Positions 14,434 to 26,870 of a stretch of DNA of 64,000 nt are shown here, piece by piece. Where the stretch lies: positions 77,500,001 to 77,564,000 of the forward strand of contig OX597819.1 of the NCBI GenBank assembly GCA_951406725.2. Reading direction: 5' to 3'. Both the position numbers and the translations under genes were made by a program. Positions within the stretch are counted from its first letter, which is position 1, and every line of letters starts with the position of its first letter. The notes under the pieces are model-generated. The model made no database searches. It had not been told where the DNA came from and saw only the letters and a list, made by a program, of their open reading frames with translations. The stretch comes from Octopus vulgaris. Its lineage: Eukaryota.

Positions 14434-16686
14434 TCAGAATCTAGGAGGATTTGGTGGAGGCAAATGACTTCCTTGAAAGCTTTGAGAAGCATTTAAATGA
14501 TTTTCTGTGCCCAGCATAAATCCTGGTAGGCCTTGTAATGGGGCCTGTGTAGGTGGAGGTAACTGCCACATATTACAAGGTGGCATTTGAGTGAAGAAAT
14601 TTGGATACTGGTTTGTATTAAAATTTGGTGGTGGACAATCATTTTTTGAATTATAAAGATAGGATGTCTGGCCTTCTTTCCCAGACACATTTCCAGCAAC
14701 CGTATCAGAGGAATATGTTGGTAGGGAACTAGAACTGCCTCTGTTATTCCACTCAGGTTTTGTATTGTAAGTTGCTTGCCAGTTATTTGAACTTGCCTGC
14801 CCTCCATACTGGCTGGCATTGGTTCCTGTTTTATCAAACATTTTGTCTTGTATGGTTTCCCTATTATTTGGTGGTAAACTGGGTGTGGAAGAACTGGTTG
14901 GAACAGCAGCGGCTTTATCTGGCAACACTTCATTCCTGGCCAAGGTTTCGGTGGCAGATATTGATGGAGGGGGATAGGATATATAATTCCTATCCTGACT
15001 AAACCGAAGATCACAGTCCTTTACAGCTGGAAACGCAATATTATCAGGTGTAGCATCATTGTAAACAGACTTATTACTGACAATTGATGATTGTGATGAT
15101 TGCTGAAGAGTTTGATTAATCTGTTGTGGGGTTTGAGACTGGCAGCTGACTGAAGTAGGGTATTCATATGAAAAGCCAGATGCCTTGTCTTTAGAAAGAG
15201 AATTTACATTTGAAGAATAATCCATTTTTCGCGTTTGGAAAGTGTTACCTCCAACAGACTCGCTTGAGGATTCTCTCTTATAAAAGACAGTATTATAATT
15301 AGAACCCTGTACAGAAGTTCTGATGTCAGTATTTTGTGGTTCATGATATTCTCTGTTCTTATGTGGCTCGACATAGCTTTTAGGAGTTGTAGACGTAAAC
15401 TGGCTGCCATACACACTAGAACCTAATTGTTGAGTCGGCTGATAAGCAGAATCATAGCTTAATGGATTTGAAGAATTAGCAGACGATGTCTGCCATTGTT
15501 GAGGATTACTAATAGAACTGTTATTTGCAAAATTTGATGGTTGTTTGACAGCAGATTTAGAAAGATCTGTGGAGACATTAGTTTGGTTGTTGAGAGAGGA
15601 AGGACCTTGATTACTCAAAGACGAAGAAGGGACTCTATAATCAACATCACAAGTTCCAAAAAGGTCATTGAAGTCATTTCCACTGGATTTGTTTGTTTCT
15701 TTGAAAGGTTCAACAATGTTGCTAGAATTAAAACCAAATGGTTGTTCCTTGTTTACGGAAGCAGTACTTGGTGGCAAATTTGAACCAGATTGGTATGTGA
15801 CACCAGGAGTTTGATTTTCAACAGCAAAAGCAGCCTCCTTGCCTTCAGTGTTTTGTCTGTATGTGTATGGCTTATCATAAGATTGATTGTCTTGCTTTTC
15901 AGCATTAAATGAATGATGATCGTCATGATCATATTTGTTCTGAGACCAATCTCTTTTCTGATACTTGTCACTATCATAAGACCGTTCCCTAGATCGACGC
16001 CTGTCTCGATATTTACTTCTATATGAGTCTCGATACCTATCTCGAGATCTGTCCCTACTGTAGTATCTCTCTCGAGAACTATCCCTGCTACGATACCTAT
16101 CACGAGACCTGTACCTATCATGTCTCTTATCTCTTTCTCTTGACCTATCTCTGCCATGTCTATCTCGAGATCTATTTCTACCTCGATATCTATCCCTAGA
16201 TTTGCTCCTTCTACTGTGATCATCCCAAGACCTGTCTCTGCCTCGAGGCTTATCCCTAGAAGTATTCGCATCCCGTGACTTATCATCTGACTTAGCCCCA
16301 TAATTTGAAGTAACTTTATTTTGGCTATCGTGGCCCTGAGAGCCATAATTCTGAGTTTGAGAGGAACTACTATTAGGATTGTGTTCAGAAATCTGTTGCA
16401 GGTTTCCATCACTGTTGTTATGCTTGTCTCTGACATCAGTTTTCTCACTGCCACAATTGTTCCTATTATTGACATCTTTCTCAATTGGTTCTTGTTTCAC
16501 AACTTGGCTTAAATCTTTCCCACAGTGTGTTCCTGTTGCTAAACCAATGGTGTCTGTCTGACTTTTGTCTACCCCACTTTCGACTTTGACCCCTTCAGGG
16601 TTATTAGCCACCACTGGTTGGACTGAAGCAGCAGTAACAGCTGCTGTAAATACTGCAGCACTGGAATCAGATACTTTCCTCTGACC
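14434..16686 (-). CDS. HNRNPUL1: hnRNP U-like protein, coding exon 11 (terminal, 2253 bp; RS/RD-rich and low-complexity tail)
   Basis: Open for 750 codons; acceptor ttttcag|GGT in phase 0 matching the exon 10 donor; stop TGA at 14434-14436. Confidence 0.85.
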   Translation of the reverse strand, partial: GQRKVSDSSAAVFTAAVTAASVQPVVANNPEGVKVESGVDKSQTDTIGLATGTHCGKDLSQVVKQEPIEKDVNNRNNCGSEKTDVRDKHNNSDGNLQQISEHNPNSSSSQTQNYGSQGHDSQNKVTSNYGAKSDDKSRDANTSRDKPRGRDRSWDDHSRRSKSRDRYRGRNRSRDRHGRDRSRERDKRHDRYRSRDRYRSRDSSRERYYSRDRSRDRYRDSYRSKYRDRRRSRERSYDSDKYQKRDWSQNKYDHDDHHSFNAEKQDNQSYDKPYTYRQNTEGKEAAFAVENQTPGVTYQSGSNLPPSTASVNKEQPFGFNSSNIVEPFKETNKSSGNDFNDLFGTCDVDYRVPSSSLSNQGPSSLNNQTNVSTDLSKSAVKQPSNFANNSSISNPQQWQTSSANSSNPLSYDSAYQPTQQLGSSVYGSQFTSTTPKSYVEPHKNREYHEPQNTDIRTSVQGSNYNTVFYKRESSSESVGGNTFQTRKMDYSSNVNSLSKDKASGFSYEYPTSVSCQSQTPQQINQTLQQSSQSSIVSNKSVYNDATPDNIAFPAVKDCDLRFSQDRNYISYPPPSISATETLARNEVLPDKAAAVPTSSSTPSLPPNNRETIQDKMFDKTGTNASQYGGQASSNNWQATYNTKPEWNNRGSSSSLPTYSSDTVAGNVSGKEGQTSYLYNSKNDCPPPNFNTNQYPNFFTQMPPCNMWQLPPPTQAPLQGLPGFMLGTENHLNASQSFQGSHLPPPNPPRF

Positions 16687-17596
16687 CTGAAAAGTTTAAC
16701 AGTTCTTATCAGGGAGAATTGTATAAAAATAAAAGAAAACAATGTAAAAACAACAACAAACAAAAAATATTAAAAAAATACTGACAGAAGCACCTAAATA
16801 AAGGCTTCGTAATTATCAAACAAAATATTAAAATGGGTTTTCTTTTTGCAAAGAACAAATATAGAATCATGAGGGATTATCTTTTTTAGTTTCCCCCTTA
16901 TCAATCAATCTTTACAACTTTGCAAATAAGAAAACTTACCTTATGATACCACACCCAAACCAAAGATTTATCTAAATACAGTTATAAACATCATCAATGA
17001 TGTGTCACAAACCAAAATGACAAAAATAATCTATGAAATATTGAAGGAGAGTCAATGCATACAAGAAAGATAAACAACTGTTGAAATGCATGCTGACATA
17101 CACACATACAACTAAAATAAATTACATAGCTTAATCAAGCTAAATATCCTATCTAAAGATGAGAGAAATGTTCTCAAATATTTCAAATTCTTAAATATTT
17201 CGCAGCCGATTTTTAAATTCAATAAATACTGAATAAATTCTTTGCAGCATGTAGAATTCAAAACCACTTCAGAAATCATAACAAAAAGGTGTGTCATTAG
17301 CTGCTCCTCTTCAATTTTATGGAAAAAAACAAAGATAATTATCTATCAGCTGCACATCTTTGGCATAAGGCTAAAACTTTGTTTACTTAGTATGAAGTTA
17401 AAGAGAAGGAAATCTACACAGAAATTCATATGCAGCAAAACTTATACGAAACAAGGGAGAAGAGTTCAAGTATTGTTCTGCTTGTGTTAACAAAAGAACA
17501 GAGTATTTTGAAACCAACAAAGAAGGTGCATTATAAACAACTTATAAGGAGGCAAAATAGATAAACAGATCGAGTTTCAAATTTTGGCACAAGGCC

Positions 17597-18219
17597 CTAA
17601 GACGTAGACACAGGAAAACCTGGGATGAGGTGGTAAAGAACGACCTTCAAACTTTAGGTCTCACCGAGGAAATGACCAGAGACCGAGACCTTTGGAAGTA
17701 TGCTGTGCATGGGAAGACCTGGCAGGACAAGTGAGACCATAACCCGTGGCCTCTACCTGGGACGTAGCCAGCCCACTTATGCATACCTTTCCTTCTTGTG
17801 ACACAAACCCTACTTGTGAAGACCTGTTGAGGCAAGTGAAAATCAAAATCTTTCAACATCAATGGAAATTGTAGCTGAGATACCAGTGCCGGTAGCACGT
17901 AAGAGAACCATCCGAACGTGGCCGTTGCCAGCGCCGCCCCGACTGGCGGCATGTAAAAAGCACCATCCGATCGTGGCCGTTGCCAGCCTCGTCTGGCCCC
18001 CGTGCCGGTGGCACGTAAAGAGCACCATCCAATCGTGGCCGTTTGCCAGCCTCGTCTGGCACTTGTGCACGTGGCACATAAAAAGCACCCACTACACTCT
18101 CGGAGTGGTTGGCGTTAGGAAGGGCATCCAGCTGTAGAAACACTGCCAGATCAGACTGGGCCTGGCGAAGTCTTCTGGCTTCCCAGACCCCAGTTGAACC
18201 GTCCAACCCATGCTAGCAT
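17597..18219 (+). mobile_element. RTE-clade LINE 3' fragment
   Basis: Encodes RKTWDEVVKNDLQTLGLTEEMTRDRDLWKYAV (RTE ORF C-terminus) followed by a 3' UTR with internal subrepeats. Confidence 0.85.
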
Positions 18220-18588
18220 GATGCCCTTCCTAACACCAACCACTCCGTTAGTGTAGTGGGTGCTTTTTACATGCCATCTGCACAGGTGCCAGACGAGACT
18301 GGCAACGGCCACAATCGGATGGTGCTTTTTACGTGCCACCGGCACGGAGGCCAGTCGGGGCGGCGCTGGCAACGGCCACGTTCGGATGGTTCTCTTACGT
18401 GCCACCGGCACTGGTATCACAGCTACAATTTCCATTGATGTTGAACGATTTCGATTTTGATTTTCACTTGCCTCAACAGGTCTTCACAAGTAGGGTTTGT
18501 GTCACAAGAAGGAAAGGTATGCATAAGTGGGCTGGCTACGTTCCAGGTAGAGGCCAAGGGTTATGGTCTCACTTGTCCTGCCGGGTCT
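18220..18588 (-). mobile_element. RTE-clade LINE 3' fragment, inverted relative to 17597-18219
   Basis: Reverse complement of ~17721-18128 with scattered substitutions and indels. Confidence 0.85.
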
Positions 18589-19744
18589 TATGGCTGCTTT
18601 TACATGGTACGATATGGGCACTTTTATGTGGCACTGCACGATGATACAATGAAACTATTTCATATCTTTTATCTTTTACTTGTTTAAGTCACTAGACTGT
18701 GGCCATGCTGGGGCACTGCATTAAAATACTTTTAACTGGATGGATTAACCACAGTACTTATTTTTTTTTAAACCTGGTACTTATTCAATTGGTCTCTTTT
18801 GTTGAACTACATTTCATAATTTAAAGCATTTTTTTTTTAATTGAAACTCGCTAACAAGTGACAAGCAACCATCAGCAAGACTTCAAGTAAACACTTTTTA
18901 GTGGGTGAGAGTTAGAAAAAGAAGGGAGAAAAAAAAGGAAATTTAACGAGGGGCTTCCTAAAACAAGTCAGAAAAATGATCAGCAGAAGATAAAAAAAAA
19001 AAAATCATGTTAATCTGGAAAATAAAACAATGAGTTCTCTAAGACAGATGTTCGAGGTAACTACTACAGAAAGAAACACTTCAAACAGGAAGGGACAGCA
19101 ACATTGATAGGATGAGAATAAGAAAACCAAGTCGCTCTTCTTAATCTTAAAAGGAGGTACAAGAGAAGAAAATTGGGTAGAACAACCAAGAAAGTATTTA
19201 TAGAATAGTCAAACTAAGTTATAAATTACTCTTTCGAGACTGTTACTTCACTCAAATACATGCTCATCAGTTAGGCTTAACCCAATACAAAAACACATTT
19301 CAGATTTTAATTAGTCATTGTATTATAGTTCTTACATTATCAGTAGAGTCATATGTAAATTTAGAAGTATAAAGCAAAGATGCTGACTGAACTGGTATGA
19401 AATCTACACTATCAAACACTTAACTGTGCACCACAGAAACAACAACACGCTCGTATTTCCATGAAACCAAAATTGGACAGAATGAACACTGAAAAATATT
19501 TCCTAAAATTCTTCTTTTTTTTTTCTTATTTTCCTTTAAATCTAAACAATGTAAAGGTGGTTCTAGCTATTGTCATGAGAAGAAAAAAGAGTACAGTAGG
19601 ATAGGAAGAAGCTGGATGCATAATAATAAGTACTGATCTGCCACCAGTGATAAAGTTGACCTTGGAGATTCCAACCCAGACCTTTGTGGTCAGTATTCTC
19701 CTATACATTGTCTAATTACAATATTTTTCATTATCATTATATAA

Positions 19745-19964
19745 CCCTTTTGTTACTGTATTTATTTTGAGATGCTCTGTGTTTCTTTGAATTACTTTAA
19801 ATATAACAAAGAATTTAGTAAAATAACTTAGTTATCATTCAACTAGTGTTAGGAACATAAATTGTGACTAAGGTTTGGTGGAAGATTTTAATTCAAAACT
19901 TATAAAAACAAGACATTTGTACTCAGAGCCAGAGCCGGTCTCAGCCGGGTTGGTAACAAAAGGG
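19745..19964. mobile_element. piggyBac-type MITE
   Basis: TIRs CCCTTTTGTTAC / GTAACAAAAGGG; flanks ATAA and TTAA. Confidence 0.8.
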
Positions 19965-21134
19965 TTAACGTCCATTTTCCATGCTGGCATGAGTTAGACG
20001 ATTTGACAGGAGCTAGCAAACAAGAGGAGTGCACCAAGCTCTACTCTCAGCTTTGGATTAGTTTCTATGGCTGGATGCCCTTCTTAACACCAACCCCTTT
20101 ATAGAGTGTACAGGGTGTTTTTTTATGCAGCACCAGTGACATCAAGTAACTTTCAGAACAAAACCCCCTAATCAAAGATGGGAAGTGGTATGGAGGGAGA
20201 CGGTTTTGTGCCCAGTTATAAGAACTTAAATTTTATTCAGTATCAGATAATTGTTTAGTATATGTCTATATCTGTTTTACCAAGACCATTTTGAGGAAAA
20301 CTGAAGTCAATCAACAATAGTTTATCTCACAGAGGTGATGACAAGTAACCAAGACCTTTGGCGATATGCCGTGCTTGAGAAGACCCATCAAGCCAAGTGA
20401 GATTGTAGTCATGGCTGATGCTGGTGTCATGTATCTGGCACCTGTGCCAGTGACACGTGAAGAGCACCTTTAGAATGTTGGACCCCATGGAGGCCCAACA
20501 ATGCGGTCATGGCCAATGCTGATGCCATCTAACTGGTACTGATGGCACATAAAATGCACCCATTACACTCTTGAAATGGTTGGTATTAAGAAGGGCATCA
20601 AGCTGTAGAAACCATATCAAATCAGACTGGGACTTGGTGCAACTCTCTGGCCTACCAGTTTCAGTCAAACTGTCTAACCCATGCAAGCATGGAAAGCAGA
20701 TACTAAATGATGATGATGAAGAATTACCATATTTTTCATCCATTTTCCATATTGTCTTAGGTTGAATGATTTGACAGAAGCTGGTAAGCTAGAGCACTAC
20801 AACCAAGTTCTACTGTCAGCTATGTGTTTACTAATACATTTACTTACATCTTTCATTCCACCATACTGGAATTGGTTACAAGTGTAACCAGAACCTTAGG
20901 TAACCAGTTTTTGCATAAGAATTTTATCAAATCACTTTGTATAGTAAATGAGTATTTAGACAACAGCTGAACCTTAAGTTGGCTAATGAACATTCCAGTT
21001 ATTTCTAATGTCCAAAATACAAACTTCTATAAACACCTGTGTAAAAAATTATATCACAACACACACACACACACATGCACTTCTACAGGTAAAACAAAAT
21101 GTAACAAAAGGAGAAAAAATAATAAAGAACTTAC

Positions 21135-21261
21135 TGGAAATGAATAAGCAAAGTTTGAACTTGAATATGAAGATGTGGAAGTATTTTGATGCTTTTGGGC
21201 TGTATCATGGCGAAAAACCAGTTGTTTGGGAGGTCGTTTTTCAATACCTTCCTTTCTGTAG
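21135..21261 (-). CDS. HNRNPUL1: hnRNP U-like protein, coding exon 10
   Basis: ccag|C acceptor and CCA|gtaagt donor; YRKEG motif follows the P-loop domain as in hnRNP U/UL1. Confidence 0.85.
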
Positions 21262-22315
21262 CTGGAAATATGAAACATCAAAGATAATTACCCACTCAAA
21301 CACAAATCTTGTAAAATTAAAATAAAGATTTTGGTTGTTGTTCCCTTGTTTTTGATTTGAGAAATTCAGGTCACTTTCAAATCAAGATTATTTTTTGGTG
21401 AAACACCAATGTTATCTAAATTAGTTATTTACTAGTCATTTTGAAGGCAAAAATACAAACAAAGATACACACGCACAGATATATATACATATATTATATA
21501 TATATGACAGGCTTCTTTCAGTTTCTGCCTACCAAATCCACTCAAGGTTTTGGGTGCCTTAGGGATATAGAAGACATTTGCCCAAGCTGCTGCACAATGG
21601 GAACTGAATGAGAGGCCACATATTTGGGAGACAAGATTCTTAACCACATAGCTGTGCCTACACTTTCTTGAGGCAAACTATTGGAAATCGCTTTTAATTT
21701 TTTTAGACAGGTGAGAAAACACAATGGGATTTTCATTAAAATGTTGACTTATCTAGATTATTATTTGATTAAAAAAATTCAGCAATGAGTACAAGTAAAA
21801 AAAAAATGTCTCCAATCATCATCATCATCATCGTTTAACATCTGCTTTCCATGTTGGCATGGTTGGGTGGCTTTACAGGAGCTGGCCAGGCAGAAGAAAT
21901 GCACCCGACTTCTGTCTGATTTAGCACCCAACAGAGTGGACTGAATGCTTTTTACATGCACCAGCACAAGCAAGGTCAGTTTTCGCATGGTTTTTACAGC
22001 TGGATGCCTTTCCAAATGCTAACCACTTTACAGTGTAGACTGGATGCTTTATACATGGCACCAGCACTGACTGGGTCACCAAATAGCTTGCAAGACAAAG
22101 ATCCTTTGAGAGGGGAAGGGTCATTGGAGGAGGTGGTCTTGTGTCAGGTGAAAGGTTTGAGTCTGACATAGAGACAGAAACAGGTATCTTGCTAAAGAGG
22201 AGGTACATGGTTACCTCCTCTACATGCAAGCATAGAAAACAAATGGCTGTAATATGAAAAACCAAGCTGTAAGAACAGAGATATATGAATAGATTAAAAG
22301 TGTAATATATCCTAC

Positions 22316-22445
22316 CCATCCACAAGAGTTGAAGCTGATAATCTAGGTAACTCCACAAACTCAATTAAATTCAACGGATCGTCCTCATCAGGCAAAGTGA
22401 AATTGGCTTTCATTTCCAAGACAGCTTCTACTGGAACATGTTTAC
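22316..22445 (-). CDS. HNRNPUL1: hnRNP U-like protein, coding exon 9
   Basis: [19 protein letters not shown]...IEFVEL matches the family motif [19 protein letters not shown]; GT-AG, phases 1/2. Confidence 0.95.
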
Positions 22446-23023
22446 CTAGAGTAAGAGAAACGGGAGAGAAAAAAAAAAAGCAAATGCAAAACAAAAAAAG
22501 ATTTGGAGACATTTTAGCAACATTTTGGTTGATGATAAAGCATCATGTTTAGGATAGTATGAGATGTTCCAGCCTTGCACATGAAGGGCAGTGGATGTAA
22601 TTATTAGTGGATTTCCAGAATTAGCTAGAAAACATAATTTACTGATATTCAAGAATTTCCTTATCAAAGCAATTTCACAAATCCGATAGTATTAAAACAA
22701 GTTATAAAATGCTTAAAAGTTTTGTTGTTCTTTTAAAATTATGACTAGCATGTTTACAATATACTCTATTACAGTCTTGAGTACCCTTAATTTAATCCTT
22801 ACTATGCAGACAATGGTGTAAAAGTTGATAATGACCAACAAACTAGAAATATATTTAGCTTCATAGTCTCAATTCAAACCCCGTTGTATGGTTAACTCCC
22901 GAGCAAGAAACACATAAGTACTTCCATCTTGAGGTCTAAAAAACCTGTAGCCCCCACATAAAAAGGACAAAAAATCTAAAAATACCCAAAACTTTTATGG
23001 TTAAAACATTGATATAATGTTGA

Positions 23024-23257
23024 TAAGGCGGCGAGCTGGCAGAAACGTTAGCACGCCGGGCAAAATGTGTAGCCATATTTCATCTGCCGTTACGTTCTGA
23101 GTTCAAATTCCGCTGAGGTCGACTTTGCCTTTCATCCTTTCGGGGTCAATAAATTAAGTACCAGTTACGCACTGGGGTCGATGTAATCAACTTAATCCGT
23201 TTGTCTGTCCTTGTTTGTCCCCTCTATGTTTAGCCCCTTGTGGGTAGTAAAGAAACA
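23024..23257 (+). mobile_element. Full-length SINE with 13-bp target site duplication
   Basis: GATATAATGTTGA at 23011-23023 and 23258-23270. Confidence 0.9.
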
Positions 23258-23387
23258 GATATAATGTTGAAAGTAATGTAATATACTGATATATATTCAT
23301 ATGTTCATATTTGCAGGGGAGTGGATTATAAAATGAAATTATTAACAAAATGTAAAGCTAGTAAATGAAGCATGAAATAAATATTAC

Positions 23388-23552
23388 CATCTTCAACAGT
23401 GCGTTTTAGTGACCTACGTTCAAATTCATCATCTTCAGGTACAATGACCCAAGCACGTCTGAAGAACCCTTCAAAAAATCTCAATTTCCTTTTACGTGCA
23501 GAAGGATATACATTAGTTTGGTCAAGAATGTAATTTCTTCTCTTTCGAGAGG
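23388..23552 (-). CDS. HNRNPUL1: hnRNP U-like protein, coding exon 8 (Walker B region)
   Basis: [23 protein letters not shown]...; GT-AG, phases 1/1. Confidence 0.95.
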
Positions 23553-24028
23553 CTAATCATGCAAGAAAAAGCAAAGAAATTATTACATTTATTTATTGAC
23601 ATATCAAGTAATTTCATTTCAGTACAAAATAAAATACAGAATAACAGACTCACACATACAGAGGAATTCTTTAAAAGCCATCTAGGCAGTATAATGAAGC
23701 ATCTCTCTTCCAAAGGTAGATTACTTTATGACAAAAACTATGCTAAGTTCTCTTGTCTCCCTACAATTGTTTTCACTGGAAAACTTACCCAACAAGGAGG
23801 TTGCGGGGCCAAAATAATTTTCCCTAAAGATATCTTAGCATAAAGCAATGGCTCTAGTTAAAAGTATTAATCTTATAAGGCAAGCTTGGCTAAATAGTCA
23901 AGAAGTTTGCTTCCCAAGCACATGGTCTCAGGTTCAGTCGTAATACATGGAACTTTGAGCAAATGTCTTCTACTTAGCCCTGAGCCTTGAAAGTAAATTT
24001 GGTACAGAGAAAAATGAAAGAAAGCTTG

Positions 24029-24063
<35 letters not shown>

Positions 24064-24718
24064 GTATTGTTCCATGATGGTAAGATCAACAAAAAAAGTA
24101 CTTCATCTGGTGAGAGAAATATTATTTAATAGACACAATACATGTTTTTATGTGCTACTAATAGTTTCTTATGCTGAGAACATGCCAAATAATGAATTAT
24201 AACATGTGTAACATCCCAATAGTCATCAGGTGCAAACCACAACTAAAGATTGAACAATAGAAGAAACATGGAAAGCTAAGAAGGAAGTATATACAAAGTG
24301 TGAAAAGTTATAGACACATGCGCATGTGTGTGTTTTGTTGTCTCAATATCATACAATAGTAGTAAAATGAGTATTACCATCATACAAGCAACATCCTTCG
24401 TTTCCAGACTTACATGAAACAGTGATAAGAAAGGTATCCAGTCATAGAAAATTTGCCTCAACAAGTTACATCTGACCCATGCAAGCATGGAAAAGTGGAT
24501 GTTAAGAAACAGTGAAGGGGAAGATAATTACTGGTACATTTCAAACCACAAAATGAATGACAGCACAAATTAATGCTGGTAAGATGTCTCAGATGTCACA
24601 AACATTACACTAGCAAAAAAGAGAGCAATAACCAGCATTTAGGTATAGCATAAAGAATTACTTCAAATGATGATGATGATGATTGTAAATTAAACCAAAG
24701 AGAAGCACAAACTCTCAC

Positions 24719-24935
24719 CTATTTCAAACAACCTGTTCAAACATTTTGATGATTTCTGAATCAAAACTTCCCAACGACCATGGTAGTTATTTTTTCTTGC
24801 AAGACCCATTACACGCATTTTATCAATGAGCGTGTCTGTTCCAATAATATTATATCTTTTATCTGGGAAGTTCTTCTGTTTCAGAATGCCTAATGTGGTC
24901 TTACCAGCACCAGGCAGACCGACAATCATATTCAT
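24719..24935 (-). CDS. HNRNPUL1: hnRNP U-like protein, coding exon 7 (Walker A)
   Basis: MIVGLPGAGKTT...YNIIGTDTLIDKMRVMGL...GRWEVLIQ...CLNRLFEI; GT-AG, phases 0/1. Confidence 0.96.
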
Positions 24936-25189
24936 CTAGAATAAATTTAAAATAAATGATCAAAAATACACATAACAAAATACACAAAACAAAAAGAACA
25001 GCTAAAAATAAAACACTTTAACACTACATAATTGTATTTTACAGCAGGTTGTCGGATACTAATTTCTTCAATTAACTATAAGGTCCAAAACATGTACAAA
25101 AGGAGTATGCATGTGAGGAGTTGTATAAGTCTATTGTTCATGAAGCAAGCTACGAAGTTCTCACATTCTCTTGATTTCCTGTAATTCAG

Positions 25190-26130
25190 ACCACCTCTTG
25201 GTCACAGCAGACAGAATGAGAAAGGTGTTGCCCTGGAGGATGGCAAGGGAGATGCAATGGAACAGGGCTTGCACTTGAGAAAAGTTATCTCCGCCTCAAC
25301 AGCAGTGAAAAAAGATATGATCGGGGTACTGAGAATGTTGAAGTTCTCTGCTGTGACAGGCTCAACCATAAACCTGTCAGAGATCAACTGATACTTTGAC
25401 AGTTTGCTTTTCACAGCCTGACGAGCAGCAGAGCCTGGGCTGGAGGCTAAACACACCAAGTTGCCACTGGAGGTGTCACAGAATGTGGCATCCTAGATGA
25501 GAGGCCTACCACTATGGAATGGGAAAATTGTTATACCATCAGGCCTTTTATTGTCCCCTCAGTCTAGCCCCAGTGGCTTGAGCTGGGAAGGGAAGCCTGC
25601 AGTATCTAGGCCATGCTTTACGATTTTAAGGACAACATGATGTGGAAGGCAGTTGATTTTTGTTTAGGACAGAGTTTTCCTGAATCTGAAGAAAACAAAA
25701 ATAGGACACAGGATTCCAGCCAAATTTCAACTGGGAATATATATATGAAAAAAATTAAATACAACTTGCTTTTCTCAGCTTGATGAGCAGCAAAGTCTGG
25801 GTTGGTGGATGAACACACCAAGTTGCCACTGGAGGTGTCACAGAATGTGGCATCCTAGATTAGGGGCCTATCACCATGGGATGGGAAAATTGTTATACCC
25901 TCAAGACTTTTACTGTCCCCTTAGTATAACCCAGCTGGCTCAAGCTGGGAGCAGAAGCTGCAGTATCTAGGCCATGCTTTATGATTTTGTTAAGGGCAGC
26001 ATAGCATGGAAGGCAGCTGACTTTTGTTTAGTACAGAATTTTCCTGATTCTGAAGAATCAACGAAAATCTGATAGAACACAGGATTCCAGCCAAATTTCA
26101 ACTATGAATATATAGATGAAGAAAATTGAA
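25190..26130 (-). mobile_element. Degenerate CRE-clade (restriction-like endonuclease) non-LTR retrotransposon with an internal ~362-bp tandem duplication
   Basis: Minus strand gives KRPDGITIFPFHSGRPLI*DATFCDT...GSAARQAVKSKLSKY...EPVTAE and ISLAILQGN; repeat units start at 25404 and 25766. Confidence 0.75.
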
Positions 26131-26740
26131 AACTATACATTGTTGACATCATAAGAATTTTCTCAACTCTTGAGAGAACATGAAATAGTTCTCTTTGAAA
26201 TATTTTTAAGAATACACATCAAACAATAAATAACAGCATGTAAAAATTGGGTTGAGAAACCCTTTTGGATAGTAAAAATCAAAAGCTACTCTTTATCCTT
26301 CAATTTTTTTATACAAAACTTTGCAAGAAGGTTGTCAAATATAGATCATCTTTTAACTTTTTTGATACCAACTTGCCTGAAACTGCCCCTGGTTCTAGGA
26401 AACAAACTTCCTGTTTTAAAGAGATCAAAATTAAAATCTTTCAAAAGTTCATATTAATATGTTTCAAACACCAGCTTAATAACTACAAAATTATTTTACT
26501 AAATTCATTTTTTTTAAAATTAACTGAAAAGAAGGCAGACTATTTTGATAGAAATATGGTAATGAAAGGGTTAAAAATTTACAAACAACTATAGTGTTAT
26601 TCATGTGCAAGCAATTTTCACAAGCTATGTGAAAACTTGATACTGTTCATAGTAATTAGCAAGAAACTGTAGACTATTACAATACCAATAACCACAACTG
26701 CTTCCATAAAACTAGATAAATGTAGGCTAAAGATATTTAC

Positions 26741-26870
26741 CTCACAATCAGCTTTTTTACAAGGTCCAGTAAGTCCCCGTACACGGTCTGCTAAAGGAAC
26801 ATGGTCTATGTAGACAAAACCAGGTGGCGGAGAAAACCATGGATCAGTCTGACCAAAATTAACCTTGAAT
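26741..26870 (-). CDS. HNRNPUL1: hnRNP U-like protein, coding exon 6
   Basis: FKVNFGQTDPWFSPPPGFVYIDHVPLADRVRG...KKADCE; GT-AG, phases 2/0. Confidence 0.95.

Noticed and set aside
15753-16484. 243-aa overlapping ORF (and the 173-aa ORF at 14493-15014) inside the large exon
   Set aside because: Shifted-frame by-products of RS-repeat and low-complexity codons; no domain or splice support.
17647-18687. Cluster of ORFs on both strands
   Set aside because: GC-rich RTE 3' UTR sequence in inverted arrangement; not genes.
19225-19275. CUGAUGA...GAAA on the minus strand as a hammerhead
   Set aside because: Stems I and III do not pair; likely chance.
19563-19700. Possible alternative terminal exon in phase 0 (ENTDHKGLGW...DNS*)
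   Set aside because: Frame-compatible, but the acceptor lacks a polypyrimidine tract and the peptide has no recognisable homology; exon 10 joins exon 11 cleanly without it.
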